A stretch of DNA of 64,000 nucleotides from a virus (taxonomy: Duplodnaviria > Caudoviricetes). This document shows, one piece after another, positions 30,407-40,912 of the stretch (positions are counted from its first letter, which is position 1; the number at the start of each line of letters is the position of its first letter). The position numbers and the translations under genes were made by a program. The stretch lies in the IMG/VR virus record IMGVR_UViG_3300020388_000009, one strand, 5' to 3'. The notes below the pieces were generated by a model. It saw nothing but the letters and a program-made list of their open reading frames with translations, was not told the origin of the DNA and made no database searches.

Positions 30407-31012
30407 TTAAAACTCCGTTATAATATCAGTAATAATACGTTCTACATTTGCAAATTTATTTGCAGTAACAGATCCTTTAGATTCATTTACTGGAGATAAA
30501 AATGCTCCATGAGTGGATGGATTAGAAACAAAGTCAAATGCAATTAATTCAAAGTCTGGCTGTACCTCTAATGTATCTCCGCCTTCTCTCATTACTTCTT
30601 TAACAGATCCCATTCCTCGTGATGATATACCTAATCGTATACCTGATTTAAAAAGTTCTTTAAGAATATTTCCTGCAGGAGTTCCTAACACTTCAACTTT
30701 ACCTACCAAATCATCCCCTTGCCATCCCATTTCTAAAACGTTATGAGATACATTATTTAAATTAACTACCGATGAATCCGGATGATCCAATTCTCCTAAT
30801 GCACGTCGTTCTTTGATAAATGTAGCAGAATAATTATTTGCTTCACGCATTAAAGTTTCTTTTGGATAAATTCTTCCATTTTGATTTTTTGCTTCTGCTC
30901 TCTGAAGAACTCCTTTTACAATTAATTTACCATTATTTTGAGTTAATGATTCATTTATTGCTTGGGGTGATACTTCAAATACTGTATAATCTACTAAAAG
31001 TTGCTTATTCAT
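30407..31012 (-). CDS. gp21: Prohead core protease (T4 gp21-like)
   Basis: NQNGRIYP, ALGELDHP, VSH, GISSRGMGS and FDFVSNPSTHGA motifs. Confidence 0.96.
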   Translation of the reverse strand: MNKQLLVDYTVFEVSPQAINESLTQNNGKLIVKGVLQRAEAKNQNGRIYPKETLMREANNYSATFIKERRALGELDHPDSSVVNLNNVSHNVLEMGWQGDDLVGKVEVLGTPAGNILKELFKSGIRLGISSRGMGSVKEVMREGGDTLEVQPDFELIAFDFVSNPSTHGAFLSPVNESKGSVTANKFANVERIITDIITEF

Positions 31013-31014
31013 TT

Positions 31015-31167
31015 TTATCCTTTATTATATAATCCTGAATTTATAAAAGCAACGTGTTGTTCGTATCGCTTTCTTTCATCTGCATATTTACGTTTTTGTT
31101 CTTGTAATGTTAAATTTTGGTTTTCTTTAGCCTTTACAAATTGTTGCCAAGTTCTATTTAATATCAT
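31015..31167 (-). CDS. Small 50-aa protein missed by the ORF track
   Basis: MILNRTWQQFVKAKENQNLTLQEQKRKYADERKRYEQHVAFINSGLYNKG. ATGA overlap with the upstream gene, AAGGA upstream, and it fills the gap exactly. Confidence 0.75.
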   Translation of the reverse strand: MILNRTWQQFVKAKENQNLTLQEQKRKYADERKRYEQHVAFINSGLYNKG

Positions 31168-31811
31168 TGTGATAGTTCCTTTAATCGATTTGCTACTCGT
31201 AACATGCGTTCATTAATTTTTGCAAAACGTCTACCAGTTGCTTTCCAGAAATGGCCGGACTGTACTCCCATTTCGGTTTTCAATCGTAAATTGTTATTGA
31301 CGATTTTTTCCATCTCGCCTAACATTTTATTAACTTCCATGATACCTCTGTTAACTTTTTGTTGAGGAGTTGATGTAGGATCTTTTTTATAATCGCGATA
31401 TGAAATTTCATGAAGATCTTCCATAGTTGATATCATTTTTTTATACATACTTTCAAAATGCTTTTCAGAAGATTTAGATTTTTTATAATCAAATACTTCT
31501 GCATTATCATTTTCATCTTCCGATTTACCAAATGCATGAGGAGTTTTTACAGGACCTTCGCCGCCATCTAAATTACCAGTCACATTAGCTTCTTCTAATT
31601 CTTTATCTTTAACAGCCTTTTTCATTGGCTCTTTTTTATCACCATCACCGTCCATATCTAAATAATCTGGCTTAGCGGCTTCATCAACTTCTTTATCTTT
31701 AACGGCCTTTTTAAAAGGCTCTGTTTTATCACCATCTTTATCTACGTCCATGAAATCGGGTTTAGCTTTTGCTTCTTGTAAATATTTTTGCAATTCTTCG
31801 ATTAGTTTCAT
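31164..31811 (-). CDS. Putative internal head protein with two DxDxDG loops
   Basis: KPDFMDVDKDGDKTEPFKKA and KPDYLDMDGDGDKKEPMKKA, bounded by LQE-A, VDE-A and LEE-A. Confidence 0.7.
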   Translation of the reverse strand: MKLIEELQKYLQEAKAKPDFMDVDKDGDKTEPFKKAVKDKEVDEAAKPDYLDMDGDGDKKEPMKKAVKDKELEEANVTGNLDGGEGPVKTPHAFGKSEDENDNAEVFDYKKSKSSEKHFESMYKKMISTMEDLHEISYRDYKKDPTSTPQQKVNRGIMEVNKMLGEMEKIVNNNLRLKTEMGVQSGHFWKATGRRFAKINERMLRVANRLKELSQ

Positions 31812-31815
31812 AACA

Positions 31816-32145
31816 TTATCCTATTTTAATACCTTTAAATACAAATATCTTAGGGGTGTCTGCAACTGAACCTGAAATTTGAATTACAGACAAATCATGT
31901 ATTTCTCCAGTATTTAGATTAGGTGCATATAATTCGCCTCCCTGGACTAAACTCATTGTCGCTTTTCCAGGAGCAGCTATCAATACGGGGCCATAACCTA
32001 ACATCGATCCGGTAAAATCGACTTGCCCTCCGGTATATTCATATACTGCATTATATTTTCCAGTACCTGGATGTATGTTATGTGCATAATATGCATCTGA
32101 TATACTTGACGATACCCAATATGGATTATCATATACTCTAGCCAT
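31816..32145 (-). CDS. Hypothetical virion protein
   Basis: 109 aa. GGAG upstream. SSS/TGS/SGS motifs. Confidence 0.7.
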   Translation of the reverse strand: MARVYDNPYWVSSSISDAYYAHNIHPGTGKYNAVYEYTGGQVDFTGSMLGYGPVLIAAPGKATMSLVQGGELYAPNLNTGEIHDLSVIQISGSVADTPKIFVFKGIKIG

Positions 32146-32987
32146 TACTTAGTCTCCATATTTTTAAGTTCATTAACTAGTTCATAATATCGTAACATTG
32201 TTAATACATCCTTATCTTGAATAGAATGTTGATTAGATAATTTAGTTAATAAATTGGCAACCTCAGTTAATTTAATACGAATTACTTTATTAGGTACAGT
32301 TGACTTTAATGATATTATATTAGATTTCAATTCTGCAGTTTCTTTTAAAATATATTTTTTAAGTTTTACAGAATTTGTCACATTATTAATATATTCACGA
32401 AGCATATTTTTCTGTGCCATTGATAATGTATTATATTTTTCATTGAATTTATCTACAACTAATTTTGATGCCAACAATCTAACATCTTTATGTTGTGAAG
32501 ATAATGTTGGAGCATTTTGCTTTTTTAAATTTTCAGTTTGAATATGTTCTATTAAAACATGTTTACTTGATACATATTCAGCCGGTTGGTCGGCTTCCGC
32601 AAATTCAAATATTTTATATGTAGATGCATGCACTTTATAATTTGTAATTCTAGATTTAAAAAAGTCTTCTAAATTATAAGTGCTTTTCAAATCTTTTATC
32701 AAATTATATTTATCTCGCCTTAATTGTATCTCATTGAGTTGTTTACGAGATCTTATAACTGCATCTATTAAATCAACTGCTTTTGATTCCGATAAAAATT
32801 TTTCTTGTGCGACAGTGCGATATAATTTTAATTCTTTAGCTAATTCTGAATTAGATTTAAAATGTTTTTTAATCACGCGAAGTGCTTTTGAATTTTTATT
32901 ATTCATTGTGTCCGAAGCCACCTGTCGTACGAGCAATTCAAATATAATACCGGTATTTTTAACCTTAGAATGTTTTATTCGTTTCAT
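32145..32987 (-). CDS. Hypothetical head-assembly-region protein
   Basis: 280 aa, basic and helical, directly downstream of portal, with its own late motif at 33020-33026. Confidence 0.75.
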   Translation of the reverse strand: MKRIKHSKVKNTGIIFELLVRQVASDTMNNKNSKALRVIKKHFKSNSELAKELKLYRTVAQEKFLSESKAVDLIDAVIRSRKQLNEIQLRRDKYNLIKDLKSTYNLEDFFKSRITNYKVHASTYKIFEFAEADQPAEYVSSKHVLIEHIQTENLKKQNAPTLSSQHKDVRLLASKLVVDKFNEKYNTLSMAQKNMLREYINNVTNSVKLKKYILKETAELKSNIISLKSTVPNKVIRIKLTEVANLLTKLSNQHSIQDKDVLTMLRYYELVNELKNMETK

Positions 32988-33053
32988 GAAGCATCGCCCT
33001 GTATAATCATACTTTTTAATAAATATGCTATTGTTTTAGAAATCAATATATAA

Positions 33054-34940
33054 TTATTCCTCAATTAATTGAGACTCATCTAACATTGTTCCAGAATCTG
33101 GTTCACTTGATTCATTTATTAATGTTTGTTTTAAAATTTTAGATGATTTCATTGAATTAATTAATGAATTTATTTGTATATTTTCTGTACTTAAAGGCGA
33201 TCCACCACGGTACTGATGTTGTAATGGTGACTTATCTGTGGATAATGACGAGCCTAATGATTTAATTGCCAATGGATCACGTCCATGTGGTGAATCATGA
33301 GTCCCCCATGATTGATGTTTTTCTGGGCGACCTGTACCTGCTACATGTTCTTGCTCCTGGCCTGGTAATAAACCTCCTTTATTTGCAACATGCATTGAAG
33401 CAATGTCATGAGGCGTACCAAATGATTGATTTGTTTTTACAGGATCATTACCTTCTGATTTAATTTGTTCGCGACGGAAATCTTGTTTTAAATCTTCTAT
33501 TACTTGTTCTTGTTCTCTAGTCCATTCATCATGACTTAATCCAAATACATTTTCATATATCCATCGTTGCGAAAATAAATTAGATTCTTTCATATTTGTA
33601 GCTAATCCAATTTTACTTTCTAATACTTCTACTTTTTGTTTTTCGTATATAATAGATGGGTTAGTTAAAGATAACTCAAAATTAACTAAATCCGCATCTT
33701 TATATCCTTGTGTATATAAATGTACAATTGCAATTTTAGTTAATTCAGATACAAATATTTTTTGTATACGTTCAATTGTTCTTGCAAACCGAACATCTTC
33801 TGCTGCTAATGTTGCCTTTCCTTCAACTCCTTCATCATAACCTAAAAATGCTTTTGGTATTTTTAATGCAGAAAATAATTTATTTTTCAAGTAATCAATA
33901 TCTTCAATTTGCCCTTCAGATGATAGACCTGGTAATGCTTCAATTGATGTACCAGACTCGCCTCCACGAACTGGCATAAAATAATCTTCAATCATATTTT
34001 GCATATTAAATTTAAGATTATAATCTCCAGTCTTTTCATCAATATAAGGAACTTTTTTCATTTTACTCACAATTCCTTGAATATGGTTATCTACTTCTGC
34101 TGGTGGAATATTACCTACATCAATTTTAAATATTCTACGTTCTGGCGCTCTCATTATACGATGAATTAACATTGCATCTTCCATAAGAGTTAATTGTTTA
34201 AATATTTTTCTAGCAGGTTCAATCATCGATTTACCATATGGTAAAAAGTTTGTATCAGATAACATACGAAAATGAGCTATTTCAAAAGGTTGAAATTCTT
34301 GAGCATTTTGTTGATTATGATCAAATGATGCAAAATTATGAGAACCGCCTCCATGCGTATTTTGTAATGTAAATTTATACGCATACGGATTGTTTTCATC
34401 AAATCCTTCTTCTCTCATAATTTCATATGCAGATAAAGGCATTACATTTACAATTCCAACTTCTTCTTCTATATCTAAATGTAGATAAAAATCACCATAT
34501 TTACATGCATTTCTAATCCATGGCCATAAGTTATAATCTATATTTAATATATCATAAAATAAATTTCTTAAAATTTTTCGTATTTCATCGTTTGGAGAAG
34601 TGATAGTTAATGTATCACCATCCGGATCTTTTACAGTGGATTCGTCAGCGTAAATATCTAAAGCAGATGATAATATAGGATCCATATCCATGGATTCATA
34701 ATCTGTAAATAATTCTACTTTAGATGTATGAAATGTCTGATTTTGGTTATATGTTCCATATCCCGGGGTTCCTCTGTGAACGCCGGAGAACCTGTCCACA
34801 TAACGTTTATTAGATAAATTACCGGTTGATTGTAATCGATTTGTATCAACCGCCTTTAATCTATTTTTTGAGATTCTACGTACAACTACGTTAGTTGCAA
34901 ATAATCTACTTAATCGTGCTCTTAATGAAGTATCTGTCAT
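33054..34940 (-). CDS. gp20: Portal protein (T4 gp20-like)
   Basis: LMEDAMLIHRIMRAPERRIFKIDVGNIP, EDYFMPVRGG..GT.IE.LPG and LF.ALKIP motifs. Confidence 0.96.
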   Translation of the reverse strand: MTDTSLRARLSRLFATNVVVRRISKNRLKAVDTNRLQSTGNLSNKRYVDRFSGVHRGTPGYGTYNQNQTFHTSKVELFTDYESMDMDPILSSALDIYADESTVKDPDGDTLTITSPNDEIRKILRNLFYDILNIDYNLWPWIRNACKYGDFYLHLDIEEEVGIVNVMPLSAYEIMREEGFDENNPYAYKFTLQNTHGGGSHNFASFDHNQQNAQEFQPFEIAHFRMLSDTNFLPYGKSMIEPARKIFKQLTLMEDAMLIHRIMRAPERRIFKIDVGNIPPAEVDNHIQGIVSKMKKVPYIDEKTGDYNLKFNMQNMIEDYFMPVRGGESGTSIEALPGLSSEGQIEDIDYLKNKLFSALKIPKAFLGYDEGVEGKATLAAEDVRFARTIERIQKIFVSELTKIAIVHLYTQGYKDADLVNFELSLTNPSIIYEKQKVEVLESKIGLATNMKESNLFSQRWIYENVFGLSHDEWTREQEQVIEDLKQDFRREQIKSEGNDPVKTNQSFGTPHDIASMHVANKGGLLPGQEQEHVAGTGRPEKHQSWGTHDSPHGRDPLAIKSLGSSLSTDKSPLQHQYRGGSPLSTENIQINSLINSMKSSKILKQTLINESSEPDSGTMLDESQLIEE

Positions 34941-34962
34941 AATTTACCTATATAAATAAATA

Positions 34963-36540
34963 TTAGAGTAGCCATTTTAAATCGGAATTTTCACCATCTC
35001 CGGATTTCCATTGCCATTCTTTTGGAGTTTGCTGATTAGCTGAATATACTCCTTGCGATTTTCCAAAATGTCCTAATGCTTTTCTATTTAAATCCATTCC
35101 TTGTTGTTGCAATCTTAATGCCGTATCACGCATCCATAACCCTGTAGAAAATGACATTACAAGATCATCATTATAGCCTCGAGCAGCTTCTGCTCTATGA
35201 CCTAACCAAACAAATGTAAATAACTCGTCTATCAATCGTTTTGAATGAACTATCGGTGTCTTATCTCTAAAATATGTTTCTAATTTTGATATTACTAATG
35301 GACGAGTTCTTGATGTCATTGAAAATCCAGGGACAGTTTTTGACTTACCTTTTAAATCATAACCTTTACGTAAATGTATATCTTCATCCACATATCCATC
35401 TTGTTTATACGAATAATATAAATTTGAATATCCTTTATCTAACGCAACTTGAATTGATGCCCAGCCAATATTTGCATTTTCAATAACTAGCAATGCATTG
35501 TTATATTCTGTTGCAACTGCAATTAACATATTACCATATTCGGTAGTACCAATTTTACCTTTATATTCTGCAACTTGATGACATGTTTCAGTATCAAATA
35601 CATGAAAGGCTGAATAATCCGTGGAATCGCCTCTCGCGACGTCAGCTACTACCATATAATTTTTGTTATAATCAGCATATTCCCATATCCAGAAATTAGA
35701 ATCCATACCTCTTTTTTCAACTGGATCTTTAACGTGAGTATCTGCGTACCATTGTAATATTGCACCATCGACTACGGTATGACCTGATGATATAAAATCG
35801 CAATCACATTCTTGAGCAGCTCCCTTTTCTCCTAATAACAAAGTTTGTTTTTCACGCCAAGCTTCATCTCGGTCTGGATGTACTGTCCAATGCAATTTTA
35901 TTGTATTAAATTCTCCACCTGCTTCTGCATCTACCCACATTCTATGAAACCAGTTACCTACCCCATTCGGAGTTGATAATGCAACGCAATCACCACCGGT
36001 GGCTAATGTTTGTTGTGCTGCGGTCCATATTTCATCAATGCGGTCAATAAAGGCTGCTTCATCAAAAATTAATAATGATAATGCTTCTGAACGACCGGCA
36101 TCACCTTTAGATGATATTGCCTTTATTTGAGATCCATTTGCATATCTTAATGATAATTTATTATCTTCTAACGTTTTACCTTTTAACCAGTTAGGTAAAT
36201 TTTCATTCATTACTCGAACTTTAGTTACAAGATTTTTTGCAACGTCTTGTTTTGTTGCAATTACTAGTACATTGAAATCTGATCGAAATATCATTCTCCA
36301 TAAAGCATATCCAGCAGTTAATGTTGATATACCTAATTGACGTGATTTTAATATAATATTATATCGGTTTTCTTTAAGTTGAGTTAATGAATCTTCTTGA
36401 AATGGATATAAGTTAAACAACATTTTACCTTTAGTAGGATGTTGGATAATGCAATATTTACGCATGAAATGTATCGGATCCTGCGAACATCGTTTGTATT
36501 CGTCACTAATAATTTGCTTAAGAGATTTTTTAACTGCCAT
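34963..36540 (-). CDS. terL: Terminase large subunit (T4 gp17-like)
   Basis: LYPFQ, KSRQLGIST, LLIFDEAAF, STPNG, ADVARG...DYS and NDDLVMS motifs. No intein visible. Confidence 0.96.
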   Translation of the reverse strand: MAVKKSLKQIISDEYKRCSQDPIHFMRKYCIIQHPTKGKMLFNLYPFQEDSLTQLKENRYNIILKSRQLGISTLTAGYALWRMIFRSDFNVLVIATKQDVAKNLVTKVRVMNENLPNWLKGKTLEDNKLSLRYANGSQIKAISSKGDAGRSEALSLLIFDEAAFIDRIDEIWTAAQQTLATGGDCVALSTPNGVGNWFHRMWVDAEAGGEFNTIKLHWTVHPDRDEAWREKQTLLLGEKGAAQECDCDFISSGHTVVDGAILQWYADTHVKDPVEKRGMDSNFWIWEYADYNKNYMVVADVARGDSTDYSAFHVFDTETCHQVAEYKGKIGTTEYGNMLIAVATEYNNALLVIENANIGWASIQVALDKGYSNLYYSYKQDGYVDEDIHLRKGYDLKGKSKTVPGFSMTSRTRPLVISKLETYFRDKTPIVHSKRLIDELFTFVWLGHRAEAARGYNDDLVMSFSTGLWMRDTALRLQQQGMDLNRKALGHFGKSQGVYSANQQTPKEWQWKSGDGENSDLKWLL

Positions 36541-36545
36541 TACGT

Positions 36546-36577
36546 TTAATATAATAAATTATTTGCAATATTACAAA
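36546..36577 (-). promoter_or_regulatory. Host-type promoter of terminase (TTTG-N20-TATATTAA)
   Basis: Exact TTTG, 20-nt spacer. The -7 element ends 5 nt before the ATG, implying a nearly leaderless mRNA. Confidence 0.6.
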
Positions 36578-36973
36578 TTATTTCTTAACTCTTTTTTCCA
36601 TAGTACGGCCGCCGAAGTAGGCACCAATGACAGTAATAAGAACTAGTTGTAAAAGATCTGTCCATTTTTGTTCAACTTCAAATGCAATTGTTCCAGCATC
36701 TATAAAAATCATTAATACGGTTGATACAACTAAAAATACCAATACTAAAGGTCTAACATTTTTTGATAACCAAGAGTCAGAATTCATATCAGCTGACCAT
36801 CGATCGGTAATATTTTGCTCCATCTTTGCTTCATGGTTGGCAATTAATTCTTTCATTTTACGTTTTGCTTCTAATTTTTCAGCTTTAGTAGTTGTTAAAT
36901 TATCTAATACTCCACCAACTCCTTCTACTAATTCCGAAGCTCCACCTGAAAATATTTTATTCAATATACCCAT
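36578..36973 (-). CDS. Holin (3TM/GTA-type)
   Basis: RW.ADM.SDSWLSKNVRP followed by two hydrophobic helices and AYFGGRT.EK. Confidence 0.85.
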   Translation of the reverse strand: MGILNKIFSGGASELVEGVGGVLDNLTTTKAEKLEAKRKMKELIANHEAKMEQNITDRWSADMNSDSWLSKNVRPLVLVFLVVSTVLMIFIDAGTIAFEVEQKWTDLLQLVLITVIGAYFGGRTMEKRVKK

Positions 36974-37244
36974 ATTGTTCTTTCATTAATTTAGTAACTT
37001 CTGATCTAATTAATTTTGTCATTTCATCAATTTGCAATTCCGCATCTTTATCTGCGGCGCTTACGGCAGATTCCATTTCTGCTTGTAATTGTTTTTTCTT
37101 TTTAGTCATTTGTTTTAATTTAGAAATCATTTGCTGTTTTTTAGCGCCATCTGCCTTTGCATATTGGCCGGCCATTTTTTTCATGTCTGCAACTAATTTA
37201 TCAAAATCTTTTCCAATTTTATTTAATGATCTATTTTTTGCCAT
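36957..37244 (-). CDS. Hypothetical basic coiled-coil protein
   Basis: 95 aa, Lys-rich, GGAG upstream. Confidence 0.7.
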   Translation of the reverse strand: MAKNRSLNKIGKDFDKLVADMKKMAGQYAKADGAKKQQMISKLKQMTKKKKQLQAEMESAVSAADKDAELQIDEMTKLIRSEVTKLMKEQYGYIE

Positions 37245-37878
37245 CAGGATTCTCCGTAAATTGATTTCTAATTGTTTCTTTTAATTTTTTATAATCTGTT
37301 TCAATACGATCAATAGTGGATGAAATATCTACTTCACCACGTTCGCCATCCGCATTACCCCAAACTGTTTCTGTAACAGATTGTTTTAATATTTCAACTT
37401 CTTTATCAGTGTCTTTGAACCACGCTTCTGCATTTGCTGACATTATTTTATTTTCATATTCTTTCCATGCATCTTTTCCTTGAACTTTAATACGACGTTC
37501 TTCAGTTAGTACACATCCAAAACACATTTTACGTTTAAACCAAAATTTAAAATTTAAACGTTTTTCATGATTACGCATTTCAGTATCACATTTAGGACAT
37601 TTTTCTGGAACTGATAATGTGTCTTGCACTGTTTTTAAAATGGAATTTTCGGGTTCACGTGATTTAAATCCGTCGTGTTGAGTAACTCGAGTTCGAATTC
37701 CGGTGGCTGATGTTTCAATCCAAATCTTTGGTTTACCATTATCAAACCGTTCTAAGATATCATCTTCTGGTATTTCTGTTTTTGTAGTACCTGTGTAAAT
37801 TGATTTTCTAGTTTGAGATTTATGTGTCCCAGCTAGTAATTCATTCACAGCTTTTATATTTTGTAACTTACTTGACAT
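37231..37878 (-). CDS. Hypothetical protein with CxxC...CxxC putative zinc finger
   Basis: CPKC...CFGC. Confidence 0.7.
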   Translation of the reverse strand: MSSKLQNIKAVNELLAGTHKSQTRKSIYTGTTKTEIPEDDILERFDNGKPKIWIETSATGIRTRVTQHDGFKSREPENSILKTVQDTLSVPEKCPKCDTEMRNHEKRLNFKFWFKRKMCFGCVLTEERRIKVQGKDAWKEYENKIMSANAEAWFKDTDKEVEILKQSVTETVWGNADGERGEVDISSTIDRIETDYKKLKETIRNQFTENPDGKK

Positions 37879-37879
37879 A

Positions 37880-38407
37880 TTATCTTAATTGACCTAAACC
37901 AGTTTTAATTCTTTGGAAATACTTTACAAAAGTTTCTTTATCAACGCCGGCCTGTTTTATTAAATATGCTAAAGCCTTTGCTTTCTTTTTATCATCTAAT
38001 TTTGCAATATCAGCAAACATGCCAGATGCCCTTTTTATATCAGCAGCTCCACCTAAATCTTTTTGTTGTAATCCAGAAGTTCTCTTTTTTCCCATTTGAA
38101 ATTTATTTGCTTCTGCTACTGGTGCTTCTGGAGCAGGTTCTTCTGTTCCTAAACCACCTTGTTGTAACATTTGAATTAATTGACTTTTAACTGCTCTAGC
38201 GCCTCCGGATACCAAGTTAATTACTTTAAGTAATCCAGCTGCTTGTTGTTTAGGTGTACCTGATGATAATGCCGTTTTCAACATTTTGATACCAGGTTGT
38301 TTTTCTAAACGTGATATACCAGTTTCTGCTCTACCGGTTACATCCACTTCTTTTAAAGATTTACGAATTTCTTTTCGTATAGTTTCTCTTAAAATTGATT
38401 CTTTCAT
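37880..38407 (-). CDS. Putative internal head protein
   Basis: 175 aa. MKESILRETIRKEIRKSLKE-type leader, LKE and VAE-A sites, late motif and AAGGA upstream. Confidence 0.65.
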   Translation of the reverse strand: MKESILRETIRKEIRKSLKEVDVTGRAETGISRLEKQPGIKMLKTALSSGTPKQQAAGLLKVINLVSGGARAVKSQLIQMLQQGGLGTEEPAPEAPVAEANKFQMGKKRTSGLQQKDLGGAADIKRASGMFADIAKLDDKKKAKALAYLIKQAGVDKETFVKYFQRIKTGLGQLR

Positions 38408-38444
38408 AATGTCCTTTATTATATTTTATATAAATATACAAATG

Positions 38445-40883
38445 TTACTTAGTAAAACCTTTATCCATTGCAAAGTTAGCTCTACTAAATTCTATTCGAT
38501 CTACAAATTTAACTCCTTGGCCAATTCGATCAACTGCCACATATCCTTCTGGGGCTGTAACTGCTAATCCACCTTTGCCATCATCTTTAAAATGTTTTGT
38601 AATTGATATTGCATTATTATATTTTCTAACAAAAATCAATTTGGCTTCTGCTAGTAATTTAGATACTCTAAATATATTTAAAATATCTTGTTTTCTTTCA
38701 TTAAACACTGCCATTCTTTGTTGTTTAGCTAATGTGGCTTTTTCTATACCGCGGTCTGATTTTAATTTTGCAATCTTTTTATCAATGCGTTGTTCTAACC
38801 ATTTCTGAAATGCTTTGAACGATATAGCCGCATTATCAACAAATTGTCCGGTTTTTATTTCTGCATTAAGATAAATGTTTAGTTCTGCACTTGGAAGATT
38901 ATCATAATCTATTTTTATTGAATCTGCTTTTTTAATTAATGCAGCAACTTCTTTTGCTTCTGATGCGGTTAATTTTACTATACCAGTAGTATCTTTAAAA
39001 TATGCATCATCAAACCAAATATTAGGATTACGTCTTAATCCGCTTACATCAGCTCCAAATGTTGCACCTCCTTGTAATCCATTGTTATATGTTGTATGAA
39101 ACACTATACCTATTTTTGCGGCCGCGACTTCTCTACCTATGTTAGAATCTGACTCTACAGCGTATGTTATAGTATTTGGTCTAAACGATAAATGAGGTTT
39201 ACCATCTATATTTGTCGTTTTAACCATACTTTCATCAAACATGAAATCGCCTTGCAATATATTTTTTATACCCAATGATGGAAGATGTTTTAATGCGTGT
39301 CTTAATTTAACTGCTAGGCCAGGAGCTTCACCGTGATTTAGTTGTATATCATCCATTGTATAATTAATCTTAGGAACTTTATTCATTACAGATTTTGTTC
39401 CTACAAAAAACTTTCCGTTTTCTGGATTAATACCAGCAAACACTGCAGGAGCCCCGTCCCATTTAACAGTTGTATCAATTTTTGAATCTGAATTACCTTT
39501 TAAGTTTTTTAACAACTCTATTATAAATGATCTAGCAGTTTTATATCCTTGAGCTCCTTGAGTTAATATCAATTCTTCTAAATGAGTTAAATGCGTATTT
39601 GCTTTAGCCTCAGTTAATAATTCTCCTAACTGCGCGCTCCACCATTCTTTTGTTAATTCTTGTTCTTTTGGCGGTATACGTAATTTCATTGCCGGCCTTC
39701 CATTTATTAATAAATCACCCTTTTCACTCCAACCAATTGTTTTCACAACTACTTTTTTATTTTTAAATCGACCCATCATTACAGTATCACCTATATTAAT
39801 TGGTAAATTTACATCTTCTCGTAATGTATTTGTTTCTTTTCCTAATTTTTCTTCTTTACTAGAATCTATAGAAAGTTCTGCACCTAAAAAGTCTAAAAAT
39901 TTATATCCAGTTGTTTTTGCAATGCGTGTAATATATTTTTGCCAAATCTTATAAGCAGGATTACCTTTATAATTTTTTAAATAATCTGTACCAGCAAAAT
40001 CTCCTCCTTTTACTCCTGTTGGAAAATAAGATACTGTTAATGGAGGTCCATCCGGATAATCGGTATTATGTATTTCAATTGGATTATCTTTAACTATATA
40101 GTTAAGTACTTCATATCCTAACCGTTTAGCCATCTCTGCAGATTTTTTTCGATATGTGGCTTGATTTCCATAATAATATCTTGGTCCATCATCCACAACA
40201 GCTTTTCCTAATCCAGCTACATTACTTCCTTCACTTAAAAAAGATTCAATGGCTTCTGTTTTTAAAGCTGAAAATTTATCACGTAACATGTTATAAATAT
40301 TTTCATCGTAAAACCCCATAACATCTTCGAATGTATCAGGATCTGCGGTTGCCAATACTTGACGTAATGTGGTTCCAGACATTTCACCATAACCAGGAAT
40401 TTGTATATCAACATGCGGTGCTACAACTAAATATCCATGTTTTGTAAATGGTTGTAACGCATTTTTATTATCTTTATATGATTGAAAATATCCAGGAGAT
40501 CCATCTTTTTTAGTTCCTATACGAAATCGTGGATCTTCTTTCATATCTTTTGCACCTACTGCAAATAATACTGCAGTAGTTTCCGGATCATATTTACTGG
40601 TAATCTCTGTTGCTTGATAAGGATTCTTTACTTGTACAACATTTCCAATTCCATGTTTATAAATTATTTTACGTTTTTCTTTGAAATTTAAAGGAGATTT
40701 AGGCAATTTAACTTTGTCAGATGTGGCAATAAATGTGTTAGATTGTCCAAATTTTGCAGCTAATTTTTTATATGTAGCAGCATGATGTTGACCCATTGGC
40801 TGAAATCGGCCTGGATAAATTACAATAATTGTTTTAATGTTTTGTTCAGATATAACCTGATCTGCTAACCATTCTCCTAACAT
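38445..40883 (-). CDS. Multidomain protein: cytidylyltransferase-like N-terminus plus ligase-fold (DUF6267-like) C-terminus
   Basis: IVIYPGRFQPMGQHH...SPL.F.EK...KNPY...MSGT (degenerate HIGH-type NTase). NTHLTHLEE, TVKWDGAPA, QGDFMF, PEGYVA and VKFVDR.EFSRANF in the C-terminal half. Confidence 0.75.
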   Translation of the reverse strand: MLGEWLADQVISEQNIKTIIVIYPGRFQPMGQHHAATYKKLAAKFGQSNTFIATSDKVKLPKSPLNFKEKRKIIYKHGIGNVVQVKNPYQATEITSKYDPETTAVLFAVGAKDMKEDPRFRIGTKKDGSPGYFQSYKDNKNALQPFTKHGYLVVAPHVDIQIPGYGEMSGTTLRQVLATADPDTFEDVMGFYDENIYNMLRDKFSALKTEAIESFLSEGSNVAGLGKAVVDDGPRYYYGNQATYRKKSAEMAKRLGYEVLNYIVKDNPIEIHNTDYPDGPPLTVSYFPTGVKGGDFAGTDYLKNYKGNPAYKIWQKYITRIAKTTGYKFLDFLGAELSIDSSKEEKLGKETNTLREDVNLPINIGDTVMMGRFKNKKVVVKTIGWSEKGDLLINGRPAMKLRIPPKEQELTKEWWSAQLGELLTEAKANTHLTHLEELILTQGAQGYKTARSFIIELLKNLKGNSDSKIDTTVKWDGAPAVFAGINPENGKFFVGTKSVMNKVPKINYTMDDIQLNHGEAPGLAVKLRHALKHLPSLGIKNILQGDFMFDESMVKTTNIDGKPHLSFRPNTITYAVESDSNIGREVAAAKIGIVFHTTYNNGLQGGATFGADVSGLRRNPNIWFDDAYFKDTTGIVKLTASEAKEVAALIKKADSIKIDYDNLPSAELNIYLNAEIKTGQFVDNAAISFKAFQKWLEQRIDKKIAKLKSDRGIEKATLAKQQRMAVFNERKQDILNIFRVSKLLAEAKLIFVRKYNNAISITKHFKDDGKGGLAVTAPEGYVAVDRIGQGVKFVDRIEFSRANFAMDKGFTK

Positions 40884-40912
40884 GTTAGAATCCTTTTATA
40901 TAAATATTAGTA

